Assembly: GCA_016933575.1 (NCBI GenBank)
Contig: JAFGAR010000055.1
Location: 1-21,583, forward strand
Length of the DNA stretch: 21,583 nt
Source: Candidatus Thorarchaeota archaeon
Lineage (GTDB): Archaea; Asgardarchaeota; Thorarchaeia; Thorarchaeales; Thorarchaeaceae
Direction: 5' to 3'
Numbering within the stretch: position 1 is the first letter of the stretch; each line of letters begins with the position of its first letter. Below the pieces are notes generated by a model. It searched no databases, was not told the DNA's origin, and saw only the letters and a list, made by a program, of their open reading frames with translations. Below are positions 1 through 7,658 of the stretch, piece by piece. The translations under genes were made by a program, and so were the position numbers.

Positions 1-498
1 CATTCCGGTCGCTCCGGTCGCATCAACGACAATCCTCGCAGTGATGTTCCTGTCATTGCCGTCCTTCTCCATAATCTTGAGTCCTGCTACCTTTCCATTA
101 TCGAATAAGAGTGTTTTCGCTCTGGTAGAAGCCATCACTTCAGCACCTTCTTTCTCAGCCATACTTAGGAACCATTGACCCATTTTCAGACGATTGAATG
201 ACATCCCGGTTGTGGTCGGTCCCTGCATCCGCAATCGATGTTCTCGATCTGGAGCGATCAGGTCGATACCATTGACTTCATGTTCTACAATATTAGAAGG
301 TATCTCTGGCAGTCCAATTAGCTCTTGCACTTCCTTGACATGGTGGCTTCCAAGAGCATCACCACAGGTTTTGTCACCAATCTTCTCCTTTTCTTTTCTG
401 TCTATCAATAAGACAGAATGTCCATTCTTTGCCAGGGTGTATGCAGTGGTTGCTCCACCAGTACCCGCCCCAGCAACTATCACGTCATAATCAGTCAT
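1..498 (-). CDS. Geranylgeranyl reductase-family FAD-dependent oxidoreductase (N-terminal part; runs off the left edge)
   Basis: Not in the ORF track. Manual translation from the ATG at 498 gives MTDYDVIVAGAGTGGATTAYTLAKNGHSVLLIDRKEKEKIGDKTCGDALG...FNRLKMGQWF...ARIVVDATGATG. This has a GxGxxG FAD fold, the KxCG(D/G)A motif and VVDATG typical of the GGR family. The ATG overlaps the TrmB stop (TAATG). Confidence 0.85.
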   Translation of the reverse strand, partial: MTDYDVIVAGAGTGGATTAYTLAKNGHSVLLIDRKEKEKIGDKTCGDALGSHHVKEVQELIGLPEIPSNIVEHEVNGIDLIAPDREHRLRMQGPTTTGMSFNRLKMGQWFLSMAEKEGAEVMASTRAKTLLFDNGKVAGLKIMEKDGNDRNITARIVVDATGATGM

Positions 499-1232
499 TA
501 TCTTGTCCTCGTGTTGTTCCACATTTGTTCGAGAAAGCCTTCAAACTGCAGAGCGATGAGGGCATTGTCAGCCCACCCGCATATACTTAGATCGGGAACT
601 GCAATCAGTGCTTCTTTTCCATCTTTTACAAGATTGATTGCAAGCGCGTCCTCTTTAATTCTCTGTTGGATTTTCGGATTCAATTCGTGTGAAGGTTTAC
701 CAAGTATTACCCGCACTTTGATGTTTCTTTTCACAGCATCGTCAAGCGTATCTCGCACCAGATGCCCGAAGATTGTTATGCTTGGACCAACCAGAAGAAT
801 TCGTTCCTTTGCTCGATTGATCATGCTGAGTATCTTCGAGGAAACATCTTGATGGCCTCTTATGGTGTAGATCAACGAAGGCATTGTCCCTTCGGAAGAT
901 CTCGATTCCTGCAGCCTCTTCAGATCCTCCATCAATTGGCTAATCTTGCTCATAAGTAAGTCTTCCAAGTGGTTCAAGGGAGCAAATTGATACTCTCTTG
1001 GTCGTCCCTCAATGCCGATGACAATACCACGTGATATTAGACCATCCAAGACTGAGTAGAGGTTTGCATGATGAATCCCTGTTGCGCCATGCAAGTCTGA
1101 TACTGTTGCAGTCGAACGCTGATTCAACGCTATGATGACTGCGGTCTCATGAACGCCGAAACCAAGGTCTCTTAGTATATCTATCACTCTTGTTTCGATA
1201 GTGCTATTGCGTGAATCATCCGTCAGACTCAT
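498..1232 (-). CDS. TrmB-family transcriptional regulator / chromatin protein (wHTH + coiled coil + PLD-like C-terminal domain)
   Basis: The N-terminus reads LRDLGFGVHE...ATVSDLHGATGIHHANLYSVLDGLISRG...GRPREY (TrmB HTH). The C-terminus has IYTIRG...MINRAKERILL and VKDGKEALI, typical of the TrmB effector domain. 244 aa. Confidence 0.85.
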   Translation of the reverse strand: MSLTDDSRNSTIETRVIDILRDLGFGVHETAVIIALNQRSTATVSDLHGATGIHHANLYSVLDGLISRGIVIGIEGRPREYQFAPLNHLEDLLMSKISQLMEDLKRLQESRSSEGTMPSLIYTIRGHQDVSSKILSMINRAKERILLVGPSITIFGHLVRDTLDDAVKRNIKVRVILGKPSHELNPKIQQRIKEDALAINLVKDGKEALIAVPDLSICGWADNALIALQFEGFLEQMWNNTRTR

Positions 1233-1251
1233 CTCGTTTCAGAATATTATG

Positions 1252-1259
1252 TGTAAAAA
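1252..1259 (-). promoter_or_regulatory. Putative archaeal TATA box of the TrmB gene (leaderless transcript)
   Basis: The minus strand reads TTTTTACA about 20-27 nt upstream of the ATG at 1232, with no SD-like sequence. Confidence 0.4.
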
Positions 1260-1268
1260 CTACTTATA

Positions 1269-2198
1269 TCACTTGCCATAGGATGCGAACCCCGTAAGAA
1301 TTGCCTTAACGATATCCCTTGCAGCAATCTCTGTCACTTGACTACTGTCAAGCATAGGATTGAACTCAACGATATCAGCATATCTCACCTTTCCTGATCC
1401 AAAGCACAAGTCAATGATATCAACTATCTCTGTAATTGTTAAGCCGCCAGATTCAGGATGCGAAACACCTGGAACGATATGAGGCTGAAGTACATCAAGG
1501 TCAATAGAGATATACACATGGCTAACTTTCTTAGATAGCTTGCCAATCGCTTCTCGGAATGCGGACAGGTCAGATGGACAACAATCAGGACCCAACTCCT
1601 CTCGTTGATCTGGTGTTATACATCTGAAATCGAATCCCACAATGTCGCTTTTATTAACGATTTTCTCATCAATAATTCTTCTCAGAGTTGATGCGTGTGA
1701 AAGGGTCATTCCGCCCATATCATCATAGAAGTCTGCATGCGAATCCAAGTAGACTAATCCATAAATCCCGGGATTTCCTCGTTTCAAACCTTTCAACAAT
1801 GGATAAGTGATGAAATGATCACCACCGAGGAACAGGAGCTTGCTGGAGGACTTCGACAGGATCTTTGCTGCATCTGAGATATGAACAGCAACTGATTCAG
1901 GAAGCTGAACCCCCACTTCTAGATCTCCGATATCCTCGATGGTCATCAGTGACGTGAGTGATTCCTTTCTTGGGTGATTCTTCTGATACAGATTCAATGG
2001 AAAGCTATGAGACCTCTCGCTGTCAGTTGCCTTTCTGAATGCATCTGGTCCAAATCTGGCACCAGGAGTGTGACTTGACGTGATGTCATAAGGAATACCT
2101 AAGATTGCAACATCAGGGTCTCCTTCCATAGGTTCTGGAATGCTGAAGAATTTTCTTGATTGCCGAAGATACCCGTTCAACGAATCACGCAATGGCAT
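1269..2198 (-). CDS. speB: Agmatinase / ureohydrolase (arginase family)
   Basis: Motifs GIPYD, PGARFGP, DIGD, GGDH, DSHAD, SIDLDVL, PGVSHPESGGL and DIVEFNP are present, including all dimetal ligands. Confidence 0.85.
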   Translation of the reverse strand: MPLRDSLNGYLRQSRKFFSIPEPMEGDPDVAILGIPYDITSSHTPGARFGPDAFRKATDSERSHSFPLNLYQKNHPRKESLTSLMTIEDIGDLEVGVQLPESVAVHISDAAKILSKSSSKLLFLGGDHFITYPLLKGLKRGNPGIYGLVYLDSHADFYDDMGGMTLSHASTLRRIIDEKIVNKSDIVGFDFRCITPDQREELGPDCCPSDLSAFREAIGKLSKKVSHVYISIDLDVLQPHIVPGVSHPESGGLTITEIVDIIDLCFGSGKVRYADIVEFNPMLDSSQVTEIAARDIVKAILTGFASYGK

Positions 2199-2244
2199 TG
2201 TTACTCAGGAACAAGCAAACCCGCCACAAGATAAACTAGGCGAT

Positions 2245-2297
2245 AAAACAGAAAAAAGAGAGAGAAAGATCTCTGAAACGAGTCAGAGATCGTTTCT
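2245..2297 (-). terminator. Hairpin plus pyrimidine/U-tract terminator downstream of the surface protein gene
   Basis: Inverted repeat GATCTCTGA (2268-2276) / TCAGAGATC (2283-2291), extended by AGAAA/TTTCT. It starts right after the stop at 2300 and is followed on the minus strand by CTCTCTTTTTTCTGTTTT. Confidence 0.65.
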
Positions 2298-2299
2298 AA

Positions 2300-3940
2300 C
2301 TAGACTTGGAATGTGTCTCCGCCACGACCCTTGAATATGCCAAGGATGGAGTAGATTCCCACAAGTGCGACAACACCAAGTGCAATGCCAGTGTATGGCA
2401 TACCACTCATGATACCCCCAATGAAAAGACCACCTACATCAGGCTGGACAATGTATCCCTCAGTGTGTGAGTCCTTGTAGAAGGTTTCACTTTCATATTC
2501 GTAGGATATCTCAACAGGTGCGAAGCTATATCCACCTTCATTGGTGAACGTGACCTGATACTCGATTGTGGCACTCGCACCACCCGCAAGGGTGAGGACA
2601 GTATCTGTCGTAGTACCTGTCACTGACACTGTGGAGTATGTGGAAGCGAGTTCATCATCAGCGATCACAAGATTACCAATCGCCTCATCACCCTCATTTG
2701 TTACAGTTACCGTTACTGTCGTAGAACCTCCAGGAACAGTCGTATCTGGAGAGAACGTCCTTGCAATGGTTATGAGTGGTGGGAAGTCAGCCTCAAAGTT
2801 AATGATATACTCTGATTGCGTACCTAGGGCAGTCGCGTTCCAAATCACCATGTTCGACTCGTTGTCGTAGAAGCTTTGATTCGCGACATTGGGAACGATT
2901 GATGTCACATTCAAGTTCTCAGGGAGGCTTGTCAGAATCAATGAATTGGCAGTCGTAAATGGTTCAATTGAACCTGTGATACCAAACAAGTCGCCAACAT
3001 TGAGACTGGTTGAATCAGTGGAGAGCAGCTGCTCGCCCAAATAGCCAGCTGCTGCTATTGCAATGGGTCCTGTGACATTCTCTAAGAATCCAACGCCCCC
3101 ATCTTGAACAAGTGCCGGTAGAAATTCCTCGCCTCCTCCATCTCCGCTGCTAAAGGATTCGATTAGATCAACAAGATCAGCAATATCAGGTATCGCAAGG
3201 AGACCTGCCGCTGCAGCATTCGCATTTGAAAAGATGCTTGTATCAATGGCGCTTAGAAAGCCACTTCCGTCCATCACGTCAAAGATTCTATCTACAGCCA
3301 CTCCGAACTCATGTGTTTCCTGATAGATGAATACATCAATTGAATCGAACGGGAGCTCTATCTCGGCTTCAGGTGGAAATAAGCTCTCATCAATCCGGAT
3401 CTTGAATATCTCTACGAATCCAAATCCGAATTGTGTCTGAAGATGGTTGAGTATGCTTCCCATCCGTGCATTGGATGTCGCTTCATCCACATTCACAAAG
3501 ATATTGATTAGCAGATTGAATTCAGTTCCAATCATCTCTAGAATCGAGTCTGGATTGAATCCGCCATCTTGTGCTAATGCAAATTCACCACCTTCTTCCT
3601 CTCCACCGAAGAGGTCTCCACCCACAAGTTCGAGGACGATATCAAGAAACTCTCCATGGGTTGAAATCAGAGCCATGGCTATGCACCCTTCATACATCTC
3701 TGCATCCAGATCAAGATCATCTGACGGGATACCTAGTTGACCATAAATCGCTGATGGCACTCCTTGCTCGTCAATCATGGAGAACATTAGTTCTGCTCCA
3801 TTTGTCAGCAGCCCTTCAAACAAATCTTCTCCGAGGAATTCATCCTGTGCCAATGTATTCCCTGATGCTGCTACCAAAGGTGCGGCAACAAGGAAGCCTA
3901 TTAGAATAATAGAAATTGCGTGCTCATTCTTGAACTTCAT
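2300..3940 (-). CDS. Secreted, C-terminally membrane-anchored acidic surface (glyco)protein with an Ig-like (DUF11/CARDB-type) domain
   Basis: It has an N-terminal signal peptide (MKFK...hydrophobic...AAS) and is very D/E-rich, with several N-x-S/T sequons. A beta-rich segment (PGGSTTVTVTVTNEGD...LAGGASATIEYQVTF) precedes a C-terminal TM helix and short basic tail. SD-like GGAGTGA lies upstream. Confidence 0.7.
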   Translation of the reverse strand: MKFKNEHAISIILIGFLVAAPLVAASGNTLAQDEFLGEDLFEGLLTNGAELMFSMIDEQGVPSAIYGQLGIPSDDLDLDAEMYEGCIAMALISTHGEFLDIVLELVGGDLFGGEEEGGEFALAQDGGFNPDSILEMIGTEFNLLINIFVNVDEATSNARMGSILNHLQTQFGFGFVEIFKIRIDESLFPPEAEIELPFDSIDVFIYQETHEFGVAVDRIFDVMDGSGFLSAIDTSIFSNANAAAAGLLAIPDIADLVDLIESFSSGDGGGEEFLPALVQDGGVGFLENVTGPIAIAAAGYLGEQLLSTDSTSLNVGDLFGITGSIEPFTTANSLILTSLPENLNVTSIVPNVANQSFYDNESNMVIWNATALGTQSEYIINFEADFPPLITIARTFSPDTTVPGGSTTVTVTVTNEGDEAIGNLVIADDELASTYSTVSVTGTTTDTVLTLAGGASATIEYQVTFTNEGGYSFAPVEISYEYESETFYKDSHTEGYIVQPDVGGLFIGGIMSGMPYTGIALGVVALVGIYSILGIFKGRGGDTFQV

Positions 3941-3947
3941 ATTTACA

Positions 3948-4514
3948 TCACTCCTTTGGCCTTACAGTTGCTCCAATTATCCCAGCTACTATTACAACAA
4001 TGACCGGTGTGAACAACCAAATCAGAATGGGTGTAAGTATTGATAGGATATCCAGTCCACCACCAGACATTCCTCCAATCAAGACGAGTAATTCAGAGAA
4101 TATCGATTGGACTAGAGGGATACTCAACAGGTCAGTAATTGAGGTGCCTGGTGGAAGGGGCGGTAGTGTTCCAAGATCAAATCCTGCAGTAATCAATTGA
4201 TACACACAGAACACTAGAATCAGAATCACTGAGAGCCATGCAAAAAGACCTACAACAAATGCACCTTTCTTTGTTCCAGCTACCAAACCACCAACAAATC
4301 CAGCAGCAGCCCATATTGCGACCATAATCCAGTTGTTCAATGGATTGACCAACACTGCGTTGACCAACACCATCGTAGGACGCACATAGTTGCCTAGTTG
4401 AGGCGATAACCAGAGAATCAACGTATTATACCCATCAGGCAATAGGAACCATCCTCCTGCTAATACAATGAGGAGAGTTAGTAGCCATCCGAAGTATTTT
4501 GAACCAAAAGCCAT
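3948..4514 (-). CDS. Hypothetical integral membrane protein (4-5 TM, Gly-rich helices)
   Basis: Multiple hydrophobic helices with GxxxG motifs (AGFVGGLVAG, AGIIGA). The ATG at 4514 follows GGAGG and is preferred over the TTG at 4553. The stop lies 7 nt before the next gene. Confidence 0.75.
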   Translation of the reverse strand: MAFGSKYFGWLLTLLIVLAGGWFLLPDGYNTLILWLSPQLGNYVRPTMVLVNAVLVNPLNNWIMVAIWAAAGFVGGLVAGTKKGAFVVGLFAWLSVILILVFCVYQLITAGFDLGTLPPLPPGTSITDLLSIPLVQSIFSELLVLIGGMSGGGLDILSILTPILIWLFTPVIVVIVAGIIGATVRPKE

Positions 4515-4741
4515 AATTCTCACTGTCCTCCTATAAAATAGGAAATCTAACAATATTCTTTAACAGAATGTTATTAACCTATGCAGGATTTACGGTTTCG
4601 AAAAATGGAGGAGGTTCGGAACACAGAAATACTCCTTCTTCGAACGGAATTCGATGCACAGACTTTCCAAATCGTTCGCGAATTCGTGGGAAGGAGTTGT
4701 GTGTTTAGGCGCACATAAACCTTGATAGACAGTTGAGAGGT

Positions 4742-5095
4742 ATGAATGACGAAGATACACTGCAATCAGTATATGAACTAGTGCAATTGATATCCGCCCT
4801 GAATGATACTAGACGTTCAATTTTAGTTGCATTAGCCCACATCTACCCACGGAGTGTGTCTGGGGTGCAGCTAGGCCGTCTCATAGGCTACAGCGGAAAA
4901 TCTCGCAGTCTGTATAGAGGCGTTCTGTCCCATATGCAGGAGAATCAAATGATACTGATAGATCAACTAACGCCAAAGCTTTACGCAATTCGAATCAATA
5001 ATGAGCATCCATTGCTAACATTATTGGTAGATATGTGTAGGAAATTTGGTGCAGACGCTCGAAAGATCTATGAGAAATCTTTGGAGGAAGAATGA
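4742..5095 (+). CDS. Winged helix-turn-helix DNA-binding protein (putative regulator)
   Basis: The pattern NDTRRSILVAL...SVSGVQLGRLIGYS...LYRGVLSHMQENQMI followed by a beta hairpin (KLYAIRIN) fits a wHTH. ATG at 4742 follows GAGG. Confidence 0.6.
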   Translation: MNDEDTLQSVYELVQLISALNDTRRSILVALAHIYPRSVSGVQLGRLIGYSGKSRSLYRGVLSHMQENQMILIDQLTPKLYAIRINNEHPLLTLLVDMCRKFGADARKIYEKSLEEE

Positions 5096-5694
5096 GCTTG
5101 GATACCTTACTTGTCCGTGCAAAGGGTCTGTACAAGGACAGACAAAGGATAGCATTAGCTACCTTCATGATCGTCTTTGCGCTCACATTCTATGCATTCT
5201 ATGTACCAGGTATCTATAGCCTCACTGATGAAATCCCCAGCTGGTTCTCTGGTGGTTGGGCACAGGGTTTTGAGCTGGTTTATTCCTTCAATACAGTAGG
5301 CTTCTTCTTTGCGTTCGCATTGATGGCTTTTGCCTATGCATTCTGGTCTTGGGCATTTCTACCATCTCCTGCAACGATCTACACGATCGGCGTGCTTAAG
5401 GGTGTATTCGGCTCAGATATCCACATGAAGCAATCAATTGGTAAGAGATTCCATCTCACGACTCGAGAAGGAATTGAAATTGATGTTAAATGCAGGATAA
5501 AGCAACATGGCACTGATGATTGGTTCGTATACAGGATTCAATCGATGCCGTTATCTTCGCCAAAGTTGGATTCGATAGCTCTTCGGCATGGATTTTCCAA
5601 CAAAGCGGGAAGAATCGCCTCATGGGTGAGCTACGACGAGCTTCACAGCAGATCACTTCTCCTCCTTAAGGCTATACAGCTCGCTAGTGCGTAA
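5092..5694 (+). CDS. Hypothetical membrane protein (2 N-terminal TM helices + soluble C-terminal domain)
   Basis: Two aromatic-rich hydrophobic helices in the first 90 aa. ATGA overlap with the upstream wHTH gene. Confidence 0.7.
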   Translation: MSLDTLLVRAKGLYKDRQRIALATFMIVFALTFYAFYVPGIYSLTDEIPSWFSGGWAQGFELVYSFNTVGFFFAFALMAFAYAFWSWAFLPSPATIYTIGVLKGVFGSDIHMKQSIGKRFHLTTREGIEIDVKCRIKQHGTDDWFVYRIQSMPLSSPKLDSIALRHGFSNKAGRIASWVSYDELHSRSLLLLKAIQLASA

Positions 5695-5754
5695 ATCTGG
5701 TATGATACAAAGAACGTATTTCTATAGTTGATTCATTCCTAACTATGATTCTCA

Positions 5755-6150
5755 ATGTCGATACGAGTCAAACGAGCAATCGAAATCACCATGCTGAATT
5801 ATGATTGCATCACTGCCGCTAGTGCGATAACATATGAACGAAGGATTGGGTTTGCGACAGACAATATGCAGCTCTCACCAGAGGAAATTGACCAGATTGT
5901 AAGGGCTTGGAATGGTGATATCAGTCATCTAATGATCAAGCATATTCCATTCATCGTTGTATTGCACGATAAGAATGGAGTTGTAGCAGTCAATCCTGAA
6001 GGCGCCACAAGCCTCGTTGTTGGGACGGGAAAGGGAGTATGGTTCGTCTGTGTCTTTGTCCCGATGGACCAAGACAAGTTCGGCATAATGAATGCGTGTG
6101 TACAAGCAGCTAAGAATCTAGAAACCTCTGTATCGATTTTCGATATCTGA
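5755..6150 (+). CDS. Profilin-like protein (Asgard eukaryotic signature protein)
   Basis: 131 aa with the profilin element order: N-terminal helix, AASAITYERRIGFATDNMQLS (compare the Asgard profilin pattern AII..DG.I...TENW.IS), short helix, ISHLMIKHIPFIVV (compare ..L.IQGIKY.IV), VAVNPEGATSLVV (compare I.TNI.G.GH.L), a strand FVCVFV and a C-terminal helix ending AAKNL. Alignment is from memory of the family. Confidence 0.7.
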   Translation: MSIRVKRAIEITMLNYDCITAASAITYERRIGFATDNMQLSPEEIDQIVRAWNGDISHLMIKHIPFIVVLHDKNGVVAVNPEGATSLVVGTGKGVWFVCVFVPMDQDKFGIMNACVQAAKNLETSVSIFDI

Positions 6151-6156
6151 ATCTAT

Positions 6157-6603
6157 TCATGTTTTGGCGATGATAGGTCGTTGTTCTGATATTGTCCGTG
6201 CCACTATAGCCATCATTGCACCAATCCATCCCAATGATTGTGTCATTTGTGTCATTAGAGGCATAGCTAAAATTCCTGCCCATGCTAGTTGGACTAGGCT
6301 CATCACCAAGCTCATTGCGCCCATACCCATAGATACCATCACAAGAATTCTCCCTATCTCTACATGTCGTGTTGTTAATACTAACCCGCCTAAGATGACA
6401 CCAAGACCCCCAATAGCTGTTAGACCTGCAAGAATGCCCATGATCAATTCGAAGGTATAGGAGAAGGATTCTCCAAACAGTGAATTGATTCCCTCCTGTA
6501 GAGCAGGTAGATATCCAAGGGTGCCACTAACACCGGAAATGATCATTGCGGTCCCACCAATAATGCATAGCATTAGTGAGGTCCTATTATGAGATGATAT
6601 CAA
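6157..6603 (-). CDS. Hypothetical small integral membrane protein (about 4 TM, Gly/Met-rich)
   Basis: Four hydrophobic Gly-rich helices. The start is uncertain (TTG 6603 or ATG 6573). Confidence 0.7.
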   Translation of the reverse strand: MISSHNRTSLMLCIIGGTAMIISGVSGTLGYLPALQEGINSLFGESFSYTFELIMGILAGLTAIGGLGVILGGLVLTTRHVEIGRILVMVSMGMGAMSLVMSLVQLAWAGILAMPLMTQMTQSLGWIGAMMAIVARTISEQRPIIAKT

Positions 6604-6704
6604 TGTGAAGTGACCCTGGTTATTATCGTCTTTTAAGCTTAGCTCATGTTGCTTTGTGAGTTATGATAGGATTCTTGTAGTTTTTACAATTTGCGGTTTC
6701 TGGA

Positions 6705-7658
6705 CTATGCTCGTTTCTCCTTTTCATACGGAACTCCTATTGCCTTTGGTGGAACCGAGCGGCGGATACCAGCTAACGCGATTATAACCAATATGAATGG
6801 TAGCATTTGGATGAAGGAGAGATATGCCCGGACAGCGTTTGTACCTAAGGCGATTTGCAATCCATATTCCAGACCACTGAGGAATCCAAAGAACAAGCCA
6901 GCAATGAAACAGCCAATTGGAGTCCAATTGCCAAAGATCAGGGCTGCGAGTCCGATGAAGCCTCGTCCATTTGTCATATTCTTGGCAAAGGCGTTCTCGT
7001 ATCCAATCGAGAGGTACGCGCCGCCTAATCCAGCTAGGATGCCGCTCATAATAACGCCGATTATCCGATATGTTTCGACATTGACTCCTGCAGTATCCAA
7101 TGTGCTAGGATCCTCACCTGCGGCTCGTAATCTAAGACCAAAGGGTGTCTTGTACATGAGATACCAGCAAAGGAATGTAATAATGAACATCATGTAAATG
7201 ACAGGTGATAGAGAGCTGAAGGCTGTTCCAATGACGGGAATTCCATCTAGGCCTGGGATTTGTACATTCTCAAGTCCTGCAACTTCGTCTGAGCGCCCTC
7301 GGATCCCCCATACCACCTGAAGACCCAGCGTTGTTATCCCCATTCCGAGAAGAATCATTCCTGTGCCACTCACGATATGATTTCCTTTGAACTTCACACA
7401 GACTATTGCATGAATGAGTGCAAGCAAACCTCCACTTGCAGAACCTAGAAGTAATCCTAGCCAGGGATTAACAGTGAAGTATGTTACCACAACCGCACTA
7501 AACGCACCGGTTAGCATCATTCCTTCCAATCCTATGTTTACAATCCCCGATCGTTCTGAGAACATTCCACCTAATGCCGCTAGAATGATGGGTGTGCCCA
7601 TTTGCAATGTGGTCTTCAAAAGATAACCTGCCAATAGAGCTGGATCTATCTGCAACAT
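6705..7658 (-). CDS. ABC transporter permease (nucleoside/CUT2 type, NupC/NupQ-like)
   Basis: Motifs FSERSGIVNIGLEGMML, TPFGLRLRAAGE and GRGFIGLAALIFGNW. Confidence 0.9.
   Translation of the reverse strand: MLQIDPALLAGYLLKTTLQMGTPIILAALGGMFSERSGIVNIGLEGMMLTGAFSAVVVTYFTVNPWLGLLLGSASGGLLALIHAIVCVKFKGNHIVSGTGMILLGMGITTLGLQVVWGIRGRSDEVAGLENVQIPGLDGIPVIGTAFSSLSPVIYMMFIITFLCWYLMYKTPFGLRLRAAGEDPSTLDTAGVNVETYRIIGVIMSGILAGLGGAYLSIGYENAFAKNMTNGRGFIGLAALIFGNWTPIGCFIAGLFFGFLSGLEYGLQIALGTNAVRAYLSFIQMLPFILVIIALAGIRRSVPPKAIGVPYEKEKRA

Noticed and set aside
194-959. Plus-strand ORFs 194-490, 418-852 and 762-959
   Set aside because: They are antisense shadows of the GGR and TrmB genes and have no motifs.
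2300-2330. C-terminal TFQV as a PDZ-binding motif
   Set aside because: The motif is too short to be significant, and no PDZ partner is visible in the window.
4590-4700. CRISPR array or replication origin (ORB) in the TTCG-rich region
   Set aside because: There are no equal-length repeats with spacers, no ORB consensus with a G-string, and no cas or orc1/cdc6 gene in the window.
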